This document shows, one piece after another, positions 16,419 to 24,000 of a stretch of 24,000 bases of DNA; the first letter of the stretch is position 1; each line of letters begins with the position of its first letter. The notes below the pieces were generated by a model, which ran no database searches, had not been told where the DNA came from, and saw nothing but the letters and a program-made list of their open reading frames with translations. The stretch is from an uncultured Leptolyngbya sp. GTDB taxonomy: Bacteria > Cyanobacteriota > Cyanobacteriia > RECH01. The stretch lies in NCBI GenBank assembly GCA_964431105.1, contig CAYSIR010000036.1, forward strand, positions 1-24,000, read 5' to 3'. The position numbers and the translations under genes are program-made.

Positions 16419-16749
16419 GTTGACCTAAGCAACCATAAGTGGGCATTCAAACGATGCAAAGTCTATCTTCTTATAGCCTGTTTCCATAGCCGATGAAAGT
16501 CCAGTAATCTGCCAACGCTGTGATGAACCAAACTTGGATTAACGGTAACAGTGAACAGATACCGGCTTCTCTCCTATCGCAATGACAGCCGGACGAAGGC
16601 CACATAAGACGTGCCACCATAATCTTCAGGCAACCTGGAGAAAATCATGGTCAACAGGGCTAAAATTTGTTGCGCTCAAACTGAATGGCAAACCGTCAAT
16701 GCTCATTGAGACATGACTGGAATGACACTTGGATGCCTAACTGATGATG

Positions 16750-19700
16750 CTAGAGACGGCTAAGGCGATCGCGCAGAATCTCGGCTTGGGTATTCGCTTC
16801 GGCGAGTGAGTCTCGCGCAGACTGCACCACTGCCTCCGGTGCTTTTTCAACAAAGCTAGGGTTGTCAAGGCGCTGGGTGAGTGAACCCACGTCTGCTTCC
16901 ACCTTGCCCAAATCCTTCTCAATCTTAGCTTTTAAGGCATCAACATCGACCACACCCGTCAGCGGAATTAACACTTGAACCGTTCCGACCACGCCAGCAA
17001 AGAGCTGTAGCTTGGGGCGATCGCCCGTCTCGGTCGGAGATTGTTCCGATAAGGGTTCCTCAAGGTCAGCCGACGAAGACATCTCCGAGGCTTCAGCCGC
17101 AACGACCTCTGGGAAAGCCTCTGCTGTGTCAACGGCATTGATTGTATCAAGGGGATTGGGCGATCGCGTTGCCATCATGCCTGTTTCAGCCGTTTCCCGC
17201 AGCCGTAGCCCAAGCTGCTGAACCAACCGCGACCAGGCCTGAGCCAGCCTATCACGCTCATTAACTCGCAGGAGATATCGATAGACAAACCAAAGGGAAT
17301 AGCTAAAACCAACCAACTTAAGCAGCGGCGACACCAGCAGCAAACTGTCGATCGCCCCCAGAACCGCCAGCAACAACCGGGCCGCAACCAGCAGGATTAA
17401 CAAAACACCCAACACAATGGCTGACTTCTGGTATTGACTGAGTTCAAAACCATCCTCGCGGTCAGACGCCATTGCAGTTGCCCGTGACGTCACCATTGCA
17501 GTCGCCGCTGCGCGAGCAGGGATCGGTTCATCCACCGGAGCGGCCGCCTCCACAGTGCTAAGTTCAGACGTGCTATCCGGCTCATTCGTCGATTCTGGCT
17601 CATCCATAGCGTCCGGGGATGGAGCCGTCACCGTTGCCGTCACCGCTGCTTCGAGAGCCGTCGCTTCATCCCCCGGTTGCCCTACGATCAGTTGTTCAAC
17701 CTTGGCCAAGTCTTGAATGTAGACTGCACCGTCCTGAAGAATGTCCCGTTCGTCTACATTTTCGCTCAGGAGTAGAGTCGTGATGGTAGTGCCGGGCTTG
17801 ATGCCAGCCTCTGCCCGCAAGTTGCGAACGGTGCGAATTGCACCAATTATTAGGTCAAACTGCTGTTCGAGGGTAGTATTGATGCGCTGCTCATCGACTG
17901 AGGGATAGGCCTGCACCGCTAGAAACTGATCGTCACCGACCTGGCTCAGCGTATGCCAAATCTCCTCGGTAATGTGCGGCATGAACGGATGCAGCAATTT
18001 AAGGATACCGTCTAGCACGTAGCCCAAGGTTTGTTGGGTAACGTGCCGGGCCACACCCTCGCCCTGGAGCCGTGATTTGGCTAGCTCGATGTACCAGTCA
18101 CAGAAATCACCCCAGATAAACTCATACAATGCCTTCGCCGCTTCGCCCAAACCGTAGCGATCGATGTCATCGCGACAGGTGCGCACCACGCGATGAAACC
18201 GAGATAAAATCCAGCGATCGCTCAGATCGGCATCAGCCATACTGGGCACACCCAATGCCGCTGGGGTTTGCCCGTCCAAATTCATCATGACAAACCGGGC
18301 CGCATTCCAGAGCTTATTAGCAAAATTGCGAGATGCTTCAACCGACACCGACTCATCGGTTTTGCGATTGTACTCCAGCCGAATATCTTGCCCTGCCCCC
18401 GCCACTTCACGAATCAGGGTGTAGCGCAGGGCATCCGTGCCGTACTTGTTGATCAAAATCAGCGGGTCAATGCCGTTATTGGCTGACTTTGACATTTTCT
18501 TATTATTTTCGTCCCGTACCAATCCGTGAATATAAACAGTTTTGAACGGCATTGGACCCATGAAATGCCTAGCCATCATGGTCATGCGGGCTACCCAAAA
18601 GAAAATAATGTCAAATCCTGTCACCAGCGTAGTGGTGGGATAGTAGCGCTCCAAGTCGGGCGTGTCGTCTGGCCAGCCCATGGTCGAAAAGGGCCACAGC
18701 CCCGATGAAAACCAAGTATCCAGTACGTCGGGGTCTTGTTGCAGTTGCACATCTGGGCCGAATTGCTCCCGGGCCTTTTCCCAGGCTTCGGCTTCCGTGC
18801 GCACCACAATCACCGGGGTTAAATCAGTAATCTGCCCATTGGTTTCGCTGACGGCATACCAGGCTGGAATCTGATGCCCCCACCACAGTTGCCGTGAAAT
18901 GCACCAATCGCGCAGGTTGACCAACCAATCGCGGTAGACCTTTGTCCAGCGTTCGGGAACAAAGGTGGGTTCATGGTGATGATCTAAAGATTCAAGTGTG
19001 CGATCGGCCAGCGGACGAATTTTGACGAACCACTGGGTTGAAAGGAGCGGTTCAACTGGCACTTTACCGCGATCGCTGTAGGGAACTGTGTGTCGATAGT
19101 CCTCAACGCGAACCAGCGCGCCCTCTTGGTCTAGGCGCTGCACGACATTTTTCCGAGCCACAAAGCGATCTTGACCTTGGAAGTCTCCCGCCTGAGCATT
19201 CAGCGTGCCATCGGGGTTCATGATGGTGATGAAGTCCAGGTCGTGGCGTTTGCCCATTTCAAAGTCATTGGGGTCATGGGCTGGCGTCACTTTCACACAG
19301 CCCGTGCCGAAGGTCATATCCACATAGTCATCGGCAATAATTGGGATTTGGCGACCCACAATCGGTAGTGTCAGCGATCGCCCTACCAAATGGCGGTAGC
19401 GATCGTCATTTGGGTTCACCGCCACCGCCGTATCGCCCAGCATGGTTTCCGGACGAGTCGTGGCCACCTCCAGGTAGCCGGAGCCGTCCGTCAACGGATA
19501 GCGAAAATGCCAAAGGTTGCCATCAACTTCCTTGCTTTCAACTTCCAAATCCGAAACCGCCGACTGACTGGCCGGACACCAGTTCACCAGGTACTTACCG
19601 CGATAAATTAGCCCTTCTTTGTAAAGCCGATGGAACGCTTCAACAACCGCCTTAGAAAGCCCTTCATCCATAGTGAACCGTTCTCGCGACCAGTCCACCG

Positions 19701-20130
19701 AAACCCCTAATCGCCGCAACTGACCGACAATTGTGCCGCCAGACTCTTCTTTCCATTGCCAAGCGCGTTCGAGGAAGGCACTACGCCCAACATCATCACG
19801 GCTTTTGCCTTCTGCCCGAAGCTGACGCTCTAGAATGGTCTGGACTGCAATGCTGGCGTGATCTGTTCCCGGTAGCCACAGGGTATTTTTGCCGAGCATC
19901 CGATGGTAGCGCACCAATGTATCAATCAGTGCATTTTCAAAGGCGTGACCCATGTGCAGGCGGCCGGTGACATTGGGTGGCGGAATCACCACAGAGTAGG
20001 CTTCCCCATCTCGCCTGGGATCAGCTTTGAAGACATGGTTGCTTTCCCAAGCGGTTTGCCATCGGGCTTCAGTAGCAGACGGGTCGTATTGCTTCGGAAG
20101 TTCGTTTAAGGCTGGAGTCGTTGCAGTCAT
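16750..20130 (-). CDS. valS: Valine--tRNA ligase with an internal CAAD membrane-anchor insertion
   Basis: Class I signatures are LHMGHAF (HIGH variant) and KMSKS. ValRS-typical blocks include [23 protein letters not shown] and [14 protein letters not shown], plus a C-terminal coiled coil. The ORF track starts at TTG 20154. I prefer the ATG at 20130 ([17 protein letters not shown]). Confidence 0.95.
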   Translation of the reverse strand: MTATTPALNELPKQYDPSATEARWQTAWESNHVFKADPRRDGEAYSVVIPPPNVTGRLHMGHAFENALIDTLVRYHRMLGKNTLWLPGTDHASIAVQTILERQLRAEGKSRDDVGRSAFLERAWQWKEESGGTIVGQLRRLGVSVDWSRERFTMDEGLSKAVVEAFHRLYKEGLIYRGKYLVNWCPASQSAVSDLEVESKEVDGNLWHFRYPLTDGSGYLEVATTRPETMLGDTAVAVNPNDDRYRHLVGRSLTLPIVGRQIPIIADDYVDMTFGTGCVKVTPAHDPNDFEMGKRHDLDFITIMNPDGTLNAQAGDFQGQDRFVARKNVVQRLDQEGALVRVEDYRHTVPYSDRGKVPVEPLLSTQWFVKIRPLADRTLESLDHHHEPTFVPERWTKVYRDWLVNLRDWCISRQLWWGHQIPAWYAVSETNGQITDLTPVIVVRTEAEAWEKAREQFGPDVQLQQDPDVLDTWFSSGLWPFSTMGWPDDTPDLERYYPTTTLVTGFDIIFFWVARMTMMARHFMGPMPFKTVYIHGLVRDENNKKMSKSANNGIDPLILINKYGTDALRYTLIREVAGAGQDIRLEYNRKTDESVSVEASRNFANKLWNAARFVMMNLDGQTPAALGVPSMADADLSDRWILSRFHRVVRTCRDDIDRYGLGEAAKALYEFIWGDFCDWYIELAKSRLQGEGVARHVTQQTLGYVLDGILKLLHPFMPHITEEIWHTLSQVGDDQFLAVQAYPSVDEQRINTTLEQQFDLIIGAIRTVRNLRAEAGIKPGTTITTLLLSENVDERDILQDGAVYIQDLAKVEQLIVGQPGDEATALEAAVTATVTAPSPDAMDEPESTNEPDSTSELSTVEAAAPVDEPIPARAAATAMVTSRATAMASDREDGFELSQYQKSAIVLGVLLILLVAARLLLAVLGAIDSLLLVSPLLKLVGFSYSLWFVYRYLLRVNERDRLAQAWSRLVQQLGLRLRETAETGMMATRSPNPLDTINAVDTAEAFPEVVAAEASEMSSSADLEEPLSEQSPTETGDRPKLQLFAGVVGTVQVLIPLTGVVDVDALKAKIEKDLGKVEADVGSLTQRLDNPSFVEKAPEAVVQSARDSLAEANTQAEILRDRLSRL
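17014..17676 (-). other. About 220-aa insertion in ValRS: acidic low-complexity linkers flanking a two-helix transmembrane hairpin (CAAD domain)
   Basis: The insertion lies between ...KVEQLIVGQ and [17 protein letters not shown]... . It contains two hydrophobic helices, [25 protein letters not shown] and [25 protein letters not shown], encoded at about 17269-17424. It sits just before the C-terminal coiled coil, as I recall for CAAD-bearing cyanobacterial ValRS. Confidence 0.75.
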
Positions 20131-20757
20131 TGAGGGAAGACGATAAGGGTGCAAGCAGGCTAGTGGGCGCAGTCGCTCTATTTCATGACTCTCTCACGGA
20201 TTACCACTCGCGTGAGTGAGCCATGGAACTCGGCTGGAACAGTGAGCGATCGCGCCCGACAGCATGACATACCGGATCAAGCTAATGCATTCAGGATAGT
20301 GCAGCGGCTTCTAGCTTCACTGATTTTGCCAGAGCCGCGACACAGCCGGACAGTTATGGGCGATCGCGACATCAAACCGGTTCAGCGTCAATCACGAGCG
20401 CAAACCATCACCGAACAGTTACCTAAGATTTTGCCACGTCATCCTCCCAGTGGTGCAGTGAACTCCGGTGAATCCCGCAGGAATCTCAGAAAATAGTTGG
20501 CGACAGGTAGCGATCGCAGGCTGCATCCCAAATGCACAATCCAGAAAAACGTGAAGAACACGGCGGCCCCGCCTATTTTGGGGGCTAGGGAATGAAGAAC
20601 AAGCGTCTTTAGAAAAGAATGCACCCGTTTCAGACTTAGGTGATAGCCCCTAGGCGGCGAGAACAACCTTGAAAGAGTATAAAATTTCAAAAGTAAAGCA
20701 GTTAGAGTGGCTTAAAGATCAAGTACGGATTACCCTACAAAATCCATTAAATGGTTA

Positions 20758-20844
20758 CGTCTGCATCAGACGAGCGCACTGCATCGTCGATACAGTGCCT
20801 TTAACCAATTGATCAGGCGGCTGATGGCATGAATCGCCATCAGC
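20758..20844 (+). other. Three adjacent perfect hairpins in an ORF-poor region (possible structured 5' leader or small RNA)
   Basis: cgtctg-cat-cagacg (20758-20772). gcactg-11 nt-cagtgc (20776-20798). gctgatggc-7 nt-gccatcagc (20820-20844), followed 8 nt later by ttttt. Strand assignment is arbitrary. Confidence 0.25.
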
Positions 20845-20967
20845 GCGGACAATTTTTATACCCGGACGAATCAACCCCTCAGTCGAGCGCCGCCGTCTAC
20901 AGCGGAAACCGAATCTCGGCGTGCCGTTGGTTCTCTTGTTTAAGACTGATCGTAAAGGACATATCCG

Positions 20968-21303
20968 ATGAAATATACCTTTGAATTGCTGGGAGTCTCT
21001 CCAATCCTGATGTTCTTCAACCATCAACATCAGCAACCCGATGAGCAAGGAGCGGCCTACGTTGGGTCGTATCACTGTACGCTAGATGCCGTTTTGGAAT
21101 CGATCGCACCTGTGCCGCCGCGCCGAGGATGGAATATGGATTCTGTGGTGGATACAGTGATTCAGTTCTGGGTTAACAATGCTGAACAGGTGAAGCACTG
21201 GCGATCGCGCCTAGAAAGTGCCGATGGGCAAAGCATCGTTGTGGCGAGGATAGCGGATGTGCAGTCGCTGCGATCAGAATTTGAGACGCTGCTGCGCGAT
21301 TGA
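20968..21303 (+). CDS. Hypothetical protein (111 aa)
   Basis: ATG with AAGGA (20955-20959) 8 nt upstream. From memory, the N-terminus MKYTFELLGVSPILMFFN and the ..CTLDAVLESI..VVDTVIQFWVNN.. pattern resemble a conserved cyanobacterial small-protein family. The overlapping 106-aa antisense ORF (20755-21075) is judged spurious. Confidence 0.55.
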   Translation: MKYTFELLGVSPILMFFNHQHQQPDEQGAAYVGSYHCTLDAVLESIAPVPPRRGWNMDSVVDTVIQFWVNNAEQVKHWRSRLESADGQSIVVARIADVQSLRSEFETLLRD

Positions 21304-21332
21304 GTCGGGGCAACGGTGAGTCGGGGCGATCG

Positions 21333-21596
21333 CTAACCACCACTGACCGGCGGAATCAAAACCACCTCGTCTCCATCACTGAGCGGGGTGGTAGGTTCTA
21401 CAAATTGGAGATTGACCCCAAAGCGGGTGAGGTCACGCCATTGGCTCAGTTCAGGATGTTCAGCAATGAGGCGATCGCATAGGTCGGCAACCGTTGTTCC
21501 ACTCGGTACGCGGAGCATCAGTTCAGGCTGCTGATAGGCATCTTGATAGGCGGCAAAGAGCTTCAGCGTGACAGTAATAACAGTAATAGAGGACAT
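21333..21596 (-). CDS. MoaD/ThiS-family beta-grasp sulfur-carrier-like protein (C-terminal Gly-Gly)
   Basis: Ends ...GDEVVLIPPVSGG-stop, with MoaD-like length and pattern (LKLFAAYQDAY...ELMLRVPSGTTVADLCDRLIAEHPEL). I prefer the ATG at 21596 over the GTG at 21608. No MoaE, MoeB/ThiF or JAMM gene is nearby. Confidence 0.7.
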   Translation of the reverse strand: MSSITVITVTLKLFAAYQDAYQQPELMLRVPSGTTVADLCDRLIAEHPELSQWRDLTRFGVNLQFVEPTTPLSDGDEVVLIPPVSGG

Positions 21597-21700
21597 AGGC
21601 GATCGCACACAGCATCACAACAAAAACATCGCGGCTTTCCCAGGAGTTTCTAAATCGGCGGCAACCGCACTCTTGCCCTGCAAAGCAGCGCCTTACACTA

Positions 21701-21904
21701 TTATCTATCAGCCTTGTAAGGAGTGGAGCGGCCGAAGAGCGCATCCAGCACGGCTAGGGATTGCTCAAATGATTGTCGTCCACGCTGGATTGCTTGACGC
21801 TTGCGGCGTAGTGTTGGCGATGCGGCGGCGGGCTGAGGCTGGGGCAAGTCAGTATGACTGACCCTGTTTCCAGAATGCGAATGAGAGGATCGGTGACGCA
21901 ACAT
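21701..21904 (-). CDS. Small hypothetical protein (67 aa) upstream of the MoaD-like gene
   Basis: The ATG at 21904 is preceded by a strong Shine-Dalgarno AAGGAG (plus-strand ctcctt at 21910-21915) with a 5-nt spacer. The N-terminal half is disordered-looking, followed by a predicted helix (RKRQAIQRGRQSFEQSLAVLDALFG). No family was recognised. Confidence 0.45.
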   Translation of the reverse strand: MLRHRSSHSHSGNRVSHTDLPQPQPAAASPTLRRKRQAIQRGRQSFEQSLAVLDALFGRSTPYKADR

Positions 21905-22165
21905 ACGAACTCCTTGGGCAGATGAAAACTGATGCGGCCATCATCCCGGATACCGTTATGGGCCGCAGTGATGTCTACAGCCGTTCTTCGGTGAAGCGAT
22001 CGCTCTATCCGTGTGAAATGAATCGCCTCATGATGTGCAGTAGCGCAACCATGACAGTGACACTCTAAGGGTAAGACGTGTGATTTGGCTCACATTGCTT
22101 CGCCCCCTCAAGCAATTGCCTACGGTGCCAGCGTCCGTCGTGTCGCATCGGTTGTCATAAAAGCG

Positions 22166-22202
22166 CAGCCCTGCGGGACTTCAAAGAAATACGGCAGGGC
22201 TG
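22166..22202 (-). terminator. Candidate intrinsic terminator downstream of the 102-aa gene
   Basis: A 9-bp perfect stem pairs cagccctgc (22166-22174) with gcagggctg (22194-22202), enclosing a 19-nt loop. On the minus strand the stem is followed by CGCTTTTAT. It lies about 160 nt downstream of the stop at 22365. The large loop and short U-tract make it weak. Confidence 0.3.
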
Positions 22203-22364
22203 GAAGCGTAGTTAGGAGGTACTTGCCTAAAAAAATAGCTGCAAAATTTTAATTCGTTGGTAGTTTTAATAAGTTCTTAACTCTCGAAGGCTCAACCGTT
22301 CATGAAACCGAGCGATCGCTAGCCGTGTAGGGCAAAGCTGAAACCGCATTAGCTCTCAGCCCAA

Positions 22365-22673
22365 TTACTGGCGTGTCAGAAATTCAACGCGCGGAATTAG
22401 CGCATCATTGACCATGCCAATGCCGGTATAGCCCCAGCGATTCATAACGCCTGATAGCTGGCTCCCTGCTACTGATTCCACGGTAAAGCGATCGGCAATG
22501 TCGGCTGCATGGGTGTTGAGGTAAATGAGAGCATCCGCGTGTTCCTTAAACATCAGTAAATAGGTGGAGACTGGGCGATCGCTCGCCTTAGTTGCCCCAG
22601 AGCGATCGCGGGCTGTCAAATACTGACCATCCATTTTAGAGCGCACCAGGTAATACGTTTGAGACGCAATCAT
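22365..22673 (-). CDS. Hypothetical protein (102 aa)
   Basis: Clean ATG-initiated ORF. From memory, the pattern YYLVRSKMDGQYLTAR...YLLMFKEHADALIYLNTHA...VESV...QL resembles a small protein family common in cyanobacteria. I cannot name a family with confidence. Confidence 0.6.
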   Translation of the reverse strand: MIASQTYYLVRSKMDGQYLTARDRSGATKASDRPVSTYLLMFKEHADALIYLNTHAADIADRFTVESVAGSQLSGVMNRWGYTGIGMVNDALIPRVEFLTRQ

Positions 22674-23116
22674 AGGCAGAGAGTGAGTCCATCCAAGTCA
22701 TCGGGTCGGTGTTGATTATTATGGATGGCGAATGAACCGATTGTGGGCTGAATTCACGAATCTTGAGGGGCGATCGCGGTTATGGCGCTAAGCCAAAATC
22801 CCAGGTTCCAACCCAAATGGCTGCTGCCATGGAAACAACGGTGAGTAACCCTGTTACCCGTGAGTCTCGTCCGTTTTTCCGCATCCTGCTCGCACCCCAT
22901 TCATGCCCTACCCGCGACACGCCAATTTATGGCGGTATGACACGGGCAGCGCCGCTTTGCGACCATCCTAAGCCATACGGGTTGGTCAAGGGATAACGTC
23001 GGCATAACGTTGCGCCCTGAAGAACTTGCTATGCTGTCGTAGGTTAATCTCAGGCGGATCACGTTTCGGCTGAGCCTGCCTTTCCCTGTCATTGCCGTCA
23101 TGAGGAGGACGCACCG

Positions 23117-24000
23117 GTGGCAAAACGAAAACCTGTCCTGTTTTTAACAGTGGGAACTGCGATCGCCTTCATCACCGGAGGCGCTGTCGCCTACTGGTGG
23201 CTCAATCGTGCAGGTGGGCCGCAGCATACCGTTGAATTGCCCGTTGGCATTGAGGTGATTCCTCAAAATGCGTTGATGACGCTATCCTTTTCAACCGACC
23301 CGCAGCAGTGGCAGACCCTACGGCGATTTGGCACGGAACAAACCCAGCCACAGGTGGATCAAATGCTGGCCCAGTGGCGCGATCGCTGGTTATCCGAAAA
23401 TAATCTGGATTTCCAGCGAGATATTCAGCCGTGGGTTGGGTCGGAGATGACCATCGCCGTTCTACCCAACAGTGCAGACGGGGTTGCAACAGCGGAGCCA
23501 ACCGCCGCCCTGGTGACTGACCGTTTCCCTGAGTCTCCCGAATCTCCCGAATCTCCCGAATTTCCTGGAGATAATTCCCCTGGAATCGCACCGATCGCTC
23601 CTCCCGATGGCGCACTACCGCTAGACAGACAGCCCACCGATGATCAAACCCTAGTCGCCATTTTGCCCATCGCCGATCCACTGCAAGCGCAGCAAACTTT
23701 GGAAACCGCGCTGGATGACTTGGAACAGGGTCAGGAGCAGGTATACGAAGGCATTACCATCCAAGAATTAACGAATTCAGATGGGCAAACCTATGCAACA
23801 GCCGTGTTTAATAATCGCTTTGTGGCGATCGCCCCAGAATCGGTTCACTTGCGACAGATGATTGATGCCTATCAAGCCAATACGGCAATAGATGAGTTAG
23901 AAGGATACACGGAGGCCCTACAGCAAACCTTCACCGATGCTGCCTTTATGCGGCTGTATGTCAATGTTCCCGCTGCCCAAGCCCTAGCCGCTGAAGGCAC
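23117..24000 (+). CDS. Membrane-anchored DUF3352-like protein, N-terminal part (ORF runs off the right edge; absent from the ORF track)
   Basis: My own translation starts from the GTG at 23117, with GAGGAGGA (23102-23109) 7 nt upstream. It reads MAKRKPVLFLTVGTAIAFITGGAVAYWWLNRAGG...ALMTLSFSTDPQQWQTLRRFG...NNLDFQRDIQPWVGSEMTIAVLP... and has no stop through nt 24000. An in-frame TAA at 23045-23047 closes the frame upstream. The N-terminal TM helix and the DIQPW.G.E motif match my recollection of DUF3352 proteins. Confidence 0.7.
   Translation, partial: MAKRKPVLFLTVGTAIAFITGGAVAYWWLNRAGGPQHTVELPVGIEVIPQNALMTLSFSTDPQQWQTLRRFGTEQTQPQVDQMLAQWRDRWLSENNLDFQRDIQPWVGSEMTIAVLPNSADGVATAEPTAALVTDRFPESPESPESPEFPGDNSPGIAPIAPPDGALPLDRQPTDDQTLVAILPIADPLQAQQTLETALDDLEQGQEQVYEGITIQELTNSDGQTYATAVFNNRFVAIAPESVHLRQMIDAYQANTAIDELEGYTEALQQTFTDAAFMRLYVNVPAAQALAAEG
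23531..23566 (+). repeat. 9-bp in-frame tandem repeat (gaRtYtccY x4) encoding ESPESPESPEFP
   Basis: Read directly: gagtctccc, gaatctccc, gaatctccc, gaatttcct. It lies in a Pro/Glu-rich low-complexity segment of the DUF3352-like ORF. Confidence 0.85.

Noticed and set aside
16647-16709. 20-codon plus-strand ORF (MVNRAKICCAQTEWQTVNAH) with a good GGAGA Shine-Dalgarno sequence in the valS-downstream spacer.
   Set aside because: It is oriented against both flanking genes, is very short and shows no supporting features. It is noted only as a Ribo-seq target.
20465-20481. CCGGTGAATCCCGCAGG, with a nearby CCAGTGG, superficially resembles the GGTG..AA.CC core and B12-box of cobalamin riboswitches.
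   Set aside because: The obligatory CCCGC-ACTG segment and the GCCACTG B12 box are not present in the right order or strand. The nearest downstream plus-strand gene is about 490 nt away and is not B12-related. I also compared against what I recall of the TPP, glutamine and ZTP riboswitch cores and found no match.
20185-20690. 103-aa (+) and 83-aa (-) ORFs in the valS-upstream region.
   Set aside because: They overlap each other on opposite strands. Only the 83-aa ORF uses a non-ATG (TTG) start. Both lack a ribosome-binding site and have Arg/Ser/Pro-rich or erratic composition typical of chance ORFs in GC-rich DNA.
20755-21075. 106-aa minus-strand ORF overlapping the start of the 111-aa gene and the hairpin cluster.
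   Set aside because: It overlaps a better-supported plus-strand gene with AAGGA and ATG and a conserved-looking N-terminus. Its own sequence is Arg-rich and irregular.
22763-22996. 77-aa TTG-initiated plus-strand ORF (internal ATG variant 59 aa) in the spacer upstream of the DUF3352-like gene.
   Set aside because: It has no ribosome-binding site and no recognisable motif, and it overlaps an equally unconvincing antisense ORF (22901-23101). It is left unannotated.
23202-23681. 159-aa and 70-aa minus-strand ORFs from the track.
   Set aside because: They are antisense shadows of the plus-strand DUF3352-like gene. Their Arg/Trp/Gly-rich, repeat-derived sequence (REIREIREIRE comes from the complement of the SPE repeat) is not protein-like.
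1-24000. Looked for tRNA/tmRNA/RNase P/SRP RNA signatures, CRISPR repeats, IS terminal inverted repeats and transposase or integrase genes.
   Set aside because: I found no T-loop GGTTCGAATCC-type tRNA ends in intergenic DNA. GGGGCT at 20581 does not continue like tmRNA. There is no regularly spaced repeat array and no transposase-like ORF. Absence is by eye only, so a covariance-model scan would be more reliable.

Overview
This is a cyanobacterial chromosomal segment. The assignment rests on extreme over-representation of the HIP1 octamer GCGATCGC (about 64 copies by my manual scan) and on gene content. Most of the window is ordinary, conserved, largely housekeeping or thylakoid-related coding sequence. 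In order: an SNF2-family helicase (-), a secreted TPR protein (-), purD (+), an NblS/Hik33-type sensor histidine kinase (+), a signal-peptide pentapeptide-repeat protein (-), recN (-), an ABC1/UbiB-family kinase (+), a coiled-coil hypothetical (-), and valS carrying a CAAD membrane-anchor insertion (-). These are followed by several small hypotheticals, an orphan MoaD/ThiS-like GG protein (-), and a DUF3352-like membrane protein that runs off the right edge (+) and is missing from the ORF track. I saw no tRNA, rRNA, CRISPR array, transposase or integrase. I do not see convincing evidence for a large novel multi-gene system. The best candidate for something undescribed is the AT-rich, HIP1-free block at the left edge (1-1134). 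It carries a small helical protein gene translationally abutting a single-domain retropepsin-like aspartic protease gene whose catalytic DTG lies upstream of any canonical start codon. Other points worth a second look: a perfect cyanobacterial LexA-box palindrome inside a predicted recN promoter; an unusually long (about 1.1 kb) ORF-poor divergent spacer upstream of purD packed with short repeats and palindromes; an about 0.8 kb ORF-poor region upstream of valS with three adjacent perfect hairpins; and the CAAD insertion in ValRS. All calls come from reading the sequence and ORF track only, with no searches or folding run.
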